Origin: Callorhinchus milii
Lineage: Eukaryota
Assembly: GCF_018977255.1 (NCBI RefSeq)
Contig: NW_024704742.1
Coordinates: 60,018,001 to 60,082,000 of the forward strand
Reading direction: 5' to 3'
Length of the DNA: 64,000 nt
The position numbers and the translations under genes are program-made. A model generated the notes under the pieces. The model had not been told where the DNA came from. It did no database searches and saw only the letters and a program-made list of their open reading frames with translations. Every line of letters begins with the position of its first letter. Within the stretch, counting starts at the first letter, position 1. Of the stretch, positions 38,257 through 49,509 are shown in pieces.

Positions 38257-40313
38257 AGCACAGCTATAGGATTCCAACTTGAGTGGAACATTATTAAGTC
38301 CAAGAATGGTTTCAGATTGGGTAGAGCTTTCGCACAAGATTTTGGATGGGTTCCCAAATGAAACAGTTAATGCTACATTGATCAAGACTTTTATGAAAGA
38401 CCTGAGAGAACATCTGTCTGGTGTGGGACTGACAGCTGTGAGGGTAATTGCAGCTAGATCTAATGGATTGAAAAATGCAACTTGTTATGATAATTGTCGC
38501 TTGTAATAATCATTATTGTGGAATACTATGGTCAAGTTTGGCTGCTAAATTCGAGTGAATCAGGGAGGGAGGGAATTCTCCCTATTACCTGAATTAAGTA
38601 CAATGACTTGGCCTTAAGACTTTGGAAGTCATCATTGGAGTTGGGCCTTGCAAATTGCTCAGTCACCATTTTTGACAATATGATAATTAGCACCAGAAGT
38701 ACTGGTGAATGAGTGAATTCTCACTTGTTGAATGTTTACAAGATCTGTAACCCTGTAAAAGATATCTGTAGCATGAAGATTTCTCAAATGTTGCGACCAT
38801 GAACATATCAAGCCAGGTAAATCTACTATCAAGGGTTTAAGGTAAAGGATGTATGGTATAAAATGTGTGTTTAAAGAAGCATTCCGGAGTTTTGCTTGAT
38901 TTAACTTGGAAAGGTAAACGAGTAGAAACTGGAGAATCTTAATAAACAGATCAAATGTACAAGCATTAGTTGTTACTTTCATCTACATATATATAATCAT
39001 TACATTTCACAGTAAAATCTTGTGAATTGTTTTCAGACTTCTCGATGATGTGAAAAGCACTATACCAAATGTAAGGATTATTATTAACAATAATAAATAC
39101 TCTTTGATCATACACTATGAATATGAGGTGAAAGAAACTAATGTTAGACATTTGACGTGATCATTTTCACTGATCAGTTAAGAAGTTAGGTGAAGTTTCA
39201 ATCACTGACTATATATGTGTTGGTAAAAGTGACAACCGACTTGTGCACATTTGATCTACTGACTAGATTGAAGTGAACACTGTCCTAGATATTGCCATAA
39301 TCGTCTAAGTTAAAGACTCTTTTCAAAATAATTCAGCAGCCTTCTTGGATTACCATTTAGTGATAGTAAACAGCATTTAAGTTATATTGCACTTAACTGG
39401 TTGAATTAATCCAGCAACCTATCTTTAATTTTCCATGATTAGAGATTTCAAGGTACAGCCATTGTTTAGCTTTTGACAACACTATATGTTGTTTTGTTTA
39501 ATTCTAAAAGCAATGATATTTGAAAGTGAAGTCGAGTAGGGGATTTTATCATGAGCACTTGAATACACAAACAATCTTCAGAAAAATCAAGTACATTTTC
39601 TAAAGGCCCAGCACAAATGTCTTTAATGGATTAGTTTTAACCTTTACGAATAAAGTGACACAGGAGTTTCTTCAGCAACAGATTATTTTGCTTGGTATTT
39701 TCTCTTTGTGGTATCAGACATTATTTCAGATTCTTTTTAACACTGCAATATCCCATAGTTATTTTTTTGTCTAAGGGTAAAATACTAGCAATCTATAAAA
39801 CTATGTTTCAGAAGCAAATATCTCTTAGGAGAAATTTCCTTTTAGTGCTAAATAGCGATATTAGAAATGTCCAAATTGTGTGCCCATCTTGTCTTCTTAG
39901 TCTTACTGAGTGTCTGTGACTAGCAATGAGCAGAGTGATAAGCAAAGGTCAAAAATACATGTACACAAAGCAGAACAGACAGTGAATAATATATTAGGGG
40001 ATGCAATTTGTTTTGTGCAAAGTGTTACTGGGTACTGTAGTTTGCATTTAGTGCGTCAAGTTTTTCAAGGTAGTTTATTCAAAAGCAAGATTCTTAGGAT
40101 TTAGGCAGCTTTATTCATCATTTTAAATTAGCTTACAGCAATGAAATATGAGCTGTTCAAAAGGCTAATTTTTTGATTAAAGAGCACTTCTGTGCAAGTA
40201 AAATCAATCTCACTCTTGAGGTGAGTTAACTGCACTATAATATATGCAAACTGTAAGCTCATCCAGAAATCAACAGGAGTGACTAGATCAAACTCAATAA
40301 CCTATGTTGTGTA

Positions 40314-40655
40314 TTAGCCTGACTCAGTGGCAGCATTCTCGGGTCTGAGTCATAAAGTTCTGGGTTCAAGCCCCGTATCGGGACTTGGAATCACATCATC
40401 TAAGCTGATACTCCAATGCAGTGTTGGCGAGGGTGTGTTGCATTTTTCTGGAACTCCTGTTCTCCTGGCCAACAAGAAATTGGTCACTTCAATCCATGAC
40501 TGTTCGTGAGACACTGCTGTGCGCAATTGGCTGCCGCATTTCGCCCACAAAATACAGTCAATCCACTTTACAGCATATTCTATGCAGCGCTTTGAGATGT
40601 TTCAAAGACGTGATATGCCACTAAATCAAATGCAAGGATTATTGTTATTATTATT
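40314..40655 (+). mobile_element. SINE with family B head and family A-type 3' half
   Basis: Head 'gactcagtggcagcattctc…gagtcataaagttctgggttcaagccc' is family B. It joins 'ttggtcacttcaatccatgactg…gacactgctgtgcgcaattggctgccgc', which is family A. Confidence 0.65.
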
Positions 40656-41408
40656 TTTCTTAAGAGTGAGCTGAATGTCTGACACATGCAGAAACCCTGC
40701 TACACATTTAAGAATTTCCAAACTAAACTGAGAGTTTCACATGTGTATGCTACTTACACAGGATTCAGTCTATATTAACTACGCAGAGCATCAGTGTAGT
40801 TGGAAGAGGCAGTTACCTCTGGCAGAAAAATAACATATGACTTAACAAAATCACTGCTGTCAACTTTCTGATGTACAACATACAAAGTAATTGGAAACCT
40901 GTGATCTCATTCCCAAGTTCATGCAGCAGCACTAAACCTTTTGAGTTTTGATCTCAACTGCAATCCTCAATGAGATATTGCCCTCAGTTTTCCATTTTTC
41001 TATATTTATAGAGCACCTCTAGCATTAGGATTGTTTTGCATTTGTTTTTTTACTCTTGTAGAGTTTGTCTAGTTATTTTCCATTGTCTAGTTAATACCCT
41101 AAATGTAATGTCTCCTTATTGTAAAGAGGGAAGGAAGTGCACTTGGAAGGGAAAACTCCTTTTTTCCCCTCCAAGGCATTGACTATTGGAGACCCCACTT
41201 TCTGTTCCTCTTACCTAAGAATTAAATGCTCAGAGTAACTATTGGTGCACAGAACTGTCACAGACTGCATGGCTGAATGAGTTGCTGATCAGTTCCCGTT
41301 AGGCAACTCTAACCGCTGAATGGTCATAACCCACCTCATCTTCCTCTACCGTATATTGTAATATTACCTCCCCTGAGACACAATCTGTCGCATTCAGCTA
41401 AATCTCGT

Positions 41409-41838
41409 ACAACAACAACAACTTGCATTAATATAGTGCAGTGTCCCAAAGCACTTAACAGTGGTGGAGCATGATGATTAGTTGGGGGGAGGTGATTATA
41501 GGCTCGGTCGAAGAGGAAGGTCTTCAGACGTGATCTGAGGATGGGTAAGGAAGGGGCAAGGTGGAGGGATAGTGGAAAAATGTTCCAGAGTTTCAGAGCT
41601 AGTGGCCTTGGGACGTCCTCCCGACATGAAAGGCGCTCTATAAATGCAATCTTGTTGTTGTTGAAAGTGTGGCTACCAATGTGGAATGGAGGACATGAGG
41701 GACATGCAGAAGGCAGGAACTAGTCGAGCGGAGGGAGATGCCAGGGCATGAAGGGATTTGAAAATGAGTGTTAGGATCTTGAAATCAGTCCGTTCGGTGA
41801 TATGGAGCTAGTGGAGCCTGGCTAAAACTGGTGTGATT
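41409..41838 (-). mobile_element. Old L2 3' fragment containing a ~58-bp young L2 tail (+) at about 41605-41663
   Basis: The minus L2 C-terminus is interrupted by 'gccttgggacgtcctcccgacatgaaaggcgctctataaatgcaatcttgttgttgttg'. Confidence 0.8.
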
Positions 41839-42088
41839 ACCTAGTAATAAGTAGGAATCCATTTGTTAGTCAATTGGTGGATCGCTTTCCAGGGGTAATA
41901 ATCCATCTTTAAAAAAAATTGGTCACTCAATCCATGACTGTTTGTGGGACACTGCTCTGTGCAATTGGCTGCTGCGTTTCACCCTCAAAATATGTTACTT
42001 TACAGTATATTCTGCGAAGTGCTTTGGGATGTCTCAATGACTTGATAAGGTGCTATATCAAATGCAAGGATTATTATTATTATTATTG
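41837..42088 (+). mobile_element. SINE family A, 5'-truncated
   Basis: Runs from 'ttacctagtaataagtaggaatcc' to the (ATT)n tail. Confidence 0.85.
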
Positions 42089-42445
42089 TATCAGTGCTCT
42101 GAGACACCCTTCCTGTATGAAAGACTCTACATCAAATATTATTATTATTATTATAAAACTTAAAGCAACTATTTGGCTGAAGAGATGCCTTATTATAATA
42201 TTCAGCAGGAAAAGGCACCTTAGACATTTTTCCAAAATAAACTGAGAGTTTCATATGCATTTTCTACTTACACAAGGAATAGGTCCAGGCCCAATAGGGT
42301 GGCAAAGGTGCCTCATGTGCTGGACATGTGTTCTCCAAGTTCCCACTTTCTGCTGCACTTCTTCATGACACTGCTCACACATTTGGTGGAATTGTCATGT
42401 ACCTTTGCATGATCAAACACCCCAAAACTAGAGCTCCTGCGGAAG

Positions 42446-42729
42446 ATAATAATAATAATAATAATAATAATCCTTGCATTTGATATAGCGCTTTTCACGT
42501 CTTCTAGATGTCTTCTAGATGTTTCGAAGCGCTTCACAGAAATTGCTGTAAAGTGAATTGAATTGTGGGTGAAACGCAGCAGCCAATTGCGCACAGCAGT
42601 GTCCCACAAACAGTTGTGATTGATTGGAGGGATTATTATTAGGCTTGTGGAGTAAGGAAACTTGCCCAAGGTTTTGCGGTGCCGGGAATTGAACCCAGGT
42701 GTCTCGCTTGCACTGAGCTACACGACTCC
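42446..42729 (-). mobile_element. SINE family A (short-body variant)
   Basis: Runs from a long (AAT)n tail to the head 'cactgagctacacgactcc'. Confidence 0.88.
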
Positions 42730-44780
42730 AAGATATTGGTGTCATTTAAAATAAAATAGAATAAAGGGGCAAGGGGGAGAAATAACAGGGGCACGCAGGG
42801 AAAATGTACTCAATGCGAACAATAGGTAAACTTTGATAAAGGATTATTATTATAAAGTTTAAGGAAAGTGCTTACCACCATAATCTGTAGGAGAAATGGT
42901 TTGTATCTATGTCCATTCTCACCATCAAACCACCACCAACAACAATTTTAATTTATATAGCACCCTTCATTTGGGTAGCATCTCAGAGTGCTTATTAATA
43001 TAAAATAGGATATATCATGTTCCAAAGAGCCAGACATACATCTCCAATATATATATATATAAATATATCAGCTTGCAGGAAAAATATGGAGTTTCTGACT
43101 TAGTAAATCACCCCATGTCATGAATATTTCAGAACTCTTGTACCGTCTGGATGCATATACCGTATCACACAAAAGCAGGCGCTAATCAGGCACGGGAATT
43201 TTTCATGTAAAATTAATGCATTTTTCTGCCATACCTTCCAAAATTACTGCATTGCATCTTAATTTACATCATTAAAGATCAGCACGCAATTTCAACCCTC
43301 CCATATGTTGAGAAAGAAGCAAAGTGTATAAATAGAAGCCAAGCCATGTGGTTTTCAGTTATAGGACAACAAGCTTTGCAGTTTGCTGACAGCAGCTTGT
43401 ACACAGGACCACAGCTATAAAGTGTGCACTTTCTTTCTTCCTGCTGTGGAAAGATGTCAACTGTCGTCACTGGTGAGATTTACTGTCTCTTGGTTCTTTC
43501 AATCTCACTAAATCAGCCACCACCAACCTTAATACAGAGTCTACAAATAGAACAGATAGCACACACAGAAGCTTTAAAAAGCTGTGTTTGAAAAATATAA
43601 CAAAGTTCCATTTCTTCTCACCGATAATCATTTATGGAAATTGTCTTTTCCATTTGCTATTCAAGCTTCAAATTTCTTTCATGTTCATAGTTCTCTTTTA
43701 AATGGTGAGACATGTATGCGTCAAATAACCGCCTTAAGGAATTGGTGTCTCACCTCATCTCAGAGTAAAGTAGGTTTTATCTTTAAAACTTTCTGTATAA
43801 ATTCACATCTAAAATAAGGTCTTTCAATATAACTTGATGGACCCAGACACATTTTCCTCAGAGATGCATTATTCACTGAAATGCACTAAAAAAGCAGAAT
43901 GGATTTCCTGGCACATTTGATACATTATGGAAGTTCTGACAGTATGGGTGATTGGGTGCACTATAATAGTTTTTTTTTCCAATCATGAGTGCTATCTTAA
44001 TCTTCAGAAAGCTTGTACATGACCAGCTTCATTCTGCTTGTTATATTAACCTTAAAACTCACCATTGCATGAAAGCAATGCCTAAAACCTTCAGACAAAA
44101 TAAGTAGATGCAAATTAAATAATGGGTCCTGAAATAAAGGATCCTTATTTTGTGCATTCCTGTTTTAGATGGTGGAGTCTGTCTGGTTCAGGTGGTAGCA
44201 CTTTCACCTTTGTGACAGAGGCTGTGTATAGGGCTTCCACATCAGGACTTTGAACTCACATCACAGGCATGCATTCCAATAGGGTACTAATGGAGTGCTG
44301 TATTAACAAAGGTACTATCCTTCAGTTGAGATGTTAAACTGAGATCTTGTCTGCCATAGGATTTATAATAATAATCCTTACACTTGATAGTGCCTTATTA
44401 GGTCATTGAGACATTTCACAGCGCTTCACAGAAAATACAGTAAGGTCAATTGACTGAAAATTTTATTTGTAAACTATAGTTTACCCATCCTCTCGATGTG
44501 AAAGGCACTATGCAAGTGTAATTTGTTGTTGTTGTTGTGACTGTGTATCTTGCAGGGCAACAATACAGTCAGTTTGCTTACAGAAATGCCTTACAAACAG
44601 CCAGGAAATAAATGATCAATTTAGGGGATTGTTTTTCCTAGTTACTAGGTGTAACTCCCTACTCTTTTTTGAATTGAAAAATCCAGTGTTCCTCCAACAC
44701 TCTATTGGAGTTTTAGCCCACATTTTGATGTCAATATCCCATTATGGTGATGGGCTTGAACCCATGCATTTGACACAAAG

Positions 44781-45110
44781 CCTTATCATTTTTTGAGAAG
44801 TCTCAAAGCACTTCACAGAATAAATTGTAAGGTAAATTGACTGTATTTTGTAGGTGAAAAGTGGCAGCCAATTGCACACAGCAGTGTCCCTCTAACAGTT
44901 GTGGATTGAGTGATCAATATTCTTTTTTAAGGGATTATTATTCTTGGAAAGTTATCCGCCAATCGACTAACAACTGGGTTCCTACATACTGCTAGATAAA
45001 CAAGGCTTGTCGAGTAAGGAAACTTGCTTAAGGATTTGTCCTGCCTGGGAATCATACCCAGGTCCTCTCGCTTGCGAGACGAGTGCTCTAACCATTACAC
45101 TACAGGACTC
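44781..45110 (-). mobile_element. SINE family A nested in the head of a family B SINE (about 44538-45145)
   Basis: The family A body and head lie between the family B body (ending 'gggcttgaacccatg') and the rest of its head ('agagtgctaccaactgagccaagct'). Confidence 0.8.
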
Positions 45111-45771
45111 TACATAGAGTGCTACCAACTGAGCCAAGCTAACACCTCACGGTGATTCGGAATGACTATTTATATCTACAGAAAGAAAACACATTTTAAT
45201 ATTTTGTAGTTATTCCCATTGTAAGATTCTCAGAAGTTTCAGAAAATGGTGAATTGTGAGTTCCAAGCCAGAAAAGGGTAACAAAAAGACAATTGAAGAT
45301 AAAAACGAATCAATTGAAAATCTCAAAATCCAACAGTCACAAGCCAGAAGTCACAAGTCGCTTCTGAAATCAGGTTTCCCTGCATCACAGCTTGAAGCCC
45401 ATTGTCCTGACACTCTCGGGATATTTGTGAGTGTTCAAATGACCATAGGTCCTAATACACTATGTGAACTATTAGGCACAGCAGCCTCCTCATCCCTGGC
45501 CCCAGTTCTGAAAGTACTGTACATTACATCTAGAGTGTCACACTCTCTTGCCTCAGTTAGTGGGTTCTGTCATCTCTCAGTCTGTTAATGGAGCATTGCA
45601 AGCTAATGAGGCCTTTCTTCTGAGAGGTGAGAAAAAGTGACATCATGTGGGATAGCACATTTGCACTGTGACCCCTGTCAATTGATCAGAAAACACCATA
45701 GAGATTAGTTGTAGAGAAATGTAAATTGCCGAGTAAGGTTGAACAAATTGCATGTGGGAATGTAGTAATTG

Positions 45772-46143
45772 TAATAATCGTTGCATTTGATACAGCGCTT
45801 TATCACGTCTTCGAGACATCGCAAAGCCCTTCACAGAATATACTGTAAAGTGGAGTGGCTATATTTTGAGGGCAAAATATGGCAGCCAATTGCGCACAGC
45901 AGGGTCCCACGCACAGTCTTGGATTGAGTGACCACATTATTATAATTTTTTTGAAGGGATTATTACCCCCAGAAAAATGATCCCCCAATCGACTAACATC
46001 CGGGTTCCTACTTACTGCTAAATTAACAGATGCATGTGTGATGTGGAGTTAGCAAACTTGCTTAAAGTTTAGGCCTGACTTGCCTGGGAATCGAACCCGG
46101 GTCCTCTCATTTGCAAGGCGAGCACTCTAACCACTGAGCTGCA
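45772..46143 (-). mobile_element. SINE family A, full length
   Basis: Runs from the tail to 'gggaatcgaacccgggtcc…gagcactctaaccactgagctgca'. Confidence 0.88.
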
Positions 46144-46332
46144 GCTAAATGACAGCAAAGTGAAAAGGGAAGATTATTTCTGGAAAGAGACACTTTTTTT
46201 CAATACAAGTGTACATTTAAACTAATTGTCTCTTTTCTTAACATTTTATTTTCATTTACTGTTTCCTTCCGCATTTCCTCTGCAGGTGGGAAAATGGGTG
46301 GGATGGTGGTCTCTAGCAAAGGTATGTTATGT

Positions 46333-46745
46333 GTCAATCTGACTTAGTTGGTAGAACATCACCTCTGAGTCAGAAGATTGTGGGTTCACAATTGGGGAGA
46401 CTTTGAACTTATATTGTGTGCTGACACTCGAATGCCATGCTGGGGAAAATGTCTCTTGGAATATGCTATCCTCTGGAGAAGACATTAAACCAAGGTCCCT
46501 TCTGCCTAATACAGGTGGATGTTAATAATCCTATTGTAGTACTCAAAAAAAGTAGTTTCTTTCATTGTCCTGGCCAACAATTCCCTTAACTGAAAATTGA
46601 CTGCATGGGGGTTTGAGGGATAATGCTGTATGCATTTTGGCTGTGGTGTGCACCTTAAATGCACAGTCTATCCTGTTAAGAGTTTTGAGACATCCTCCCA
46701 ATGTGAAAGGTGCTACATTGTTATTATTGTTATCATTATTATTAT
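46333..46745 (+). mobile_element. Deu-domain SINE (family B)
   Basis: Contains the head 'gacttagttggtagaacatcacctctgagtcagaag', the core 'cattaaaccaaggtcc…caggtggatgttaataatcc' and the tail. Confidence 0.78.
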
Positions 46746-48028
46746 AGCATTACCAGTTTTCAGATGTATACCCTCTGTGTTTCCTCCAACATAAAGCACC
46801 TGATACAGATCCCTTTGTGAATCTGCGCAAAATGAATCCCATCCACTGCTTGGTCAGTATACTTGCCACTCTTATTGTTTGGTCTGATGTCACAGTGGTG
46901 TGGAGGATAAATATTAATGTCTCTGTATCAAGAGATATTAGCTCTTATGTTAGAATTTCTTCCTCACAAAATATCCTTATCGCTGCTAAGAACATGAGTG
47001 GAGTAAGAGTAAACACAAATTTTCTATTGTTGTTTGAGCAGTCTCAACAGTCCCATTTTTGTAACAATGGTTTTATGAAGATTTTACTCTTGAGACATTG
47101 TTTAATTTAAAAAATTGCACTCAGATGTGTTTTAAAGAAAGCACTTGTCGGATGACAATTACAAATAAAATGTCAAGGGTGCACAGAAAATGAAAAACAG
47201 AGCATGGAGAATGTTTTAATGCTTGTGGATTGATAATAATAGCAATAACATAATTTGTTCAGGGAATTCATCTATTACCAGCTTCACTCATGCCAGTAAT
47301 AACCACCTCAGGAATGCTAATGACTACAATGCTCCCCCACTCCAATAATGTTATTGTCTTATTATTAGCATCGCCAGCACTAAGCACCTAAATGTGAGTT
47401 AGTTTGATTTTTTCTAACAAAGCATGAATCATATTGCAAGGTTGGGTGAGTTTGTTATCAACTGGTTTATCCGATCTCAGATTAACAGGGCTTGATTTTC
47501 AATTGATAATAAATACAGATAAAATGCTAATTGCCTCTAAGAGTGTATAATAACACAGCTAGATTTGACAGTGTTAATGATGATTTAGTGTAGATGGGTT
47601 GGGTAATGTATTGTTAAATACAAAGTAAATAGCTTTGGCAATCTATTGTGTAATGAAGTACGGCATGGATGTATTAATGAGAACGTACTGCAGCTGGAAA
47701 TCACTGATAATTGGATAAAGGTTGGTCTGTGAATGATAATAACTGTTTAATGCGGATACTTTTCATGGTCATGCTATTAGTGCCTATCAGTTAGAATCAA
47801 TCATAATTATGATCAATTATTATTAATAATAATAATAATAATAATATTGACGGTTGCCAGGACAGTAAATATGAATATTTATCAGGACCACAAGAATTTC
47901 TCAATTAATCATATGTTAATTGATTACCTTTACAGCTGATTTGATTTTTGCTGATAACGACGCTTTGTTTCTTTTTGGAAAATTTGCAAGTTATCCCACC
48001 CCTCCCCCCTCCTCCCGCCCGCCGCCAA

Positions 48029-48217
48029 CCTCCAGTCATATAGGACCTTCAATACATCGGCATCATTCTCAAGCTATAAGGTGCACAAGTGACTTTCTCT
48101 CCAGAACGGTGTTCTAAACTGGCTACTAGATAGATAAAAAAGATTGTCATTAACTCAACAATTAATTTTCTCACTGCTTTCTGAAAATGTATCTTCCTCG
48201 TATGAAATGAAGAACGC
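48029..48217 (+). repeat. Long inverted repeat, left arm
   Basis: Reverse complement of 49304-49509, with about 7 substitutions counted by eye. Confidence 0.95.
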
Positions 48218-49303
48218 TCCGTGTAAGGAATCAAGAACTCAACACTGTGTTATACCGGTTTATAGCACAGTGTGTCACTGTCACTGCATCATCAGGGCCA
48301 GGGCCATTAGTATGTTTAGTAAAAGTAATACAATCAACTTTGATGTATTAATAAACTTCACGTCAGATTCGAGCAGTTTAATATCATGCCTGGAATTTAT
48401 TTAAGGTAAAATAGTTACATATAAAATATGTTATTATTCCCTTGCTTTTGCTCTCCATAGCCTATATAAACTGAAACCATGCAAGTGTGGAATTTTAAGT
48501 AGTTTGGTTTGGAAACTCTTCAGTATGAAGATGGGTTTCTAGTTTGAGGCATCTAGTGGACACAAAATATACCATTACTCGACAGAGAATGTTGGGCCTC
48601 TGGCAATTTTAATGTGAGTTCATGTGGAGAAGGAGGTGCACAAAATGCCTGGCCTACAAGATTTTGCCTACCTCCCACGTTGGCGAAACATTTAGATTAT
48701 TATGCTCAGTGCTTCCCACTGACCAAGGCAGGGAAGACAGCAACAGTGCAATACACAGAGAGTCTTTGAGGTGAATCCACATCAGTTCACCATTATAACG
48801 CATCACTACCGAGAGTAAAATACTATACTGAGCAATTCCCACCAATGTCACAGCCAACTCTGAGAAGAGAAAATAGATTTGCAGATAGAGGGAGAGGCTG
48901 GTCACTTTATTTTCCTTTCTTTTTTGATGGTGGAGGGATGGGGGAGGGGGGTACAGGAGATTAGTAAGGTGGGTGTTCTGGAATGATGAAGGCCTTCTTC
49001 ATTCCAAACCATAATAACGTATTTAATGTAGTAACTTATTTAATGATGTAAATGTAAAACGAATATGTTTCAATTAATTGAAATGGCAGAAATGTTATGG
49101 TTGTGTTGATCTGATGGGATTCAAACTGCCAGCAAGAGTGAAGATGACAACAAAAGCATCAGGGAAGATACTAGATTTGCCTCTTACCACTATTGAAGTG
49201 GTTGAGAGATAGGGGTGATGGTTAAGTGCTTTCTGCCAAATGCAGCTGAATATCAATAGCCAATTTGATGCACTGGTTAATTGACAAGGGAATTTGTAAC
49301 CAT

Positions 49304-49509
49304 GCGTTCTTGATCTCATACGAGGGAGATACATTTTCAGAAAGCAGTGAGAAAATTAATTGTTGAGTTAACGACAATCTTTTTTATCTATCTAGTAGCC
49401 AGTTTGGAGCACCATTCTGGAGAGAAAGTCACTTGTGCACCTTATAGCTTGAGAATGATGCCGATGTATTGAAGGTCCTATATGACTGTAGGTCTTATAT
49501 GACTGGAGG
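49304..49509 (-). repeat. Long inverted repeat, right arm
   Basis: Reverse complement of 48029-48217. It carries an extra short tandem duplication (aggtcctatatgactgt aggtcttatatgactgg). Confidence 0.95.

Noticed and set aside
48545..48561. CTCF-like site (CCACTAGATGCCTC on the minus strand)
   Set aside because: It mismatches the GGCGC part of the core and has no independent support.
48983..49114. C/D box snoRNA (ATGATGA…CTGA)
   Set aside because: There is no terminal stem or recognisable guide sequence, and these short motifs are expected by chance.
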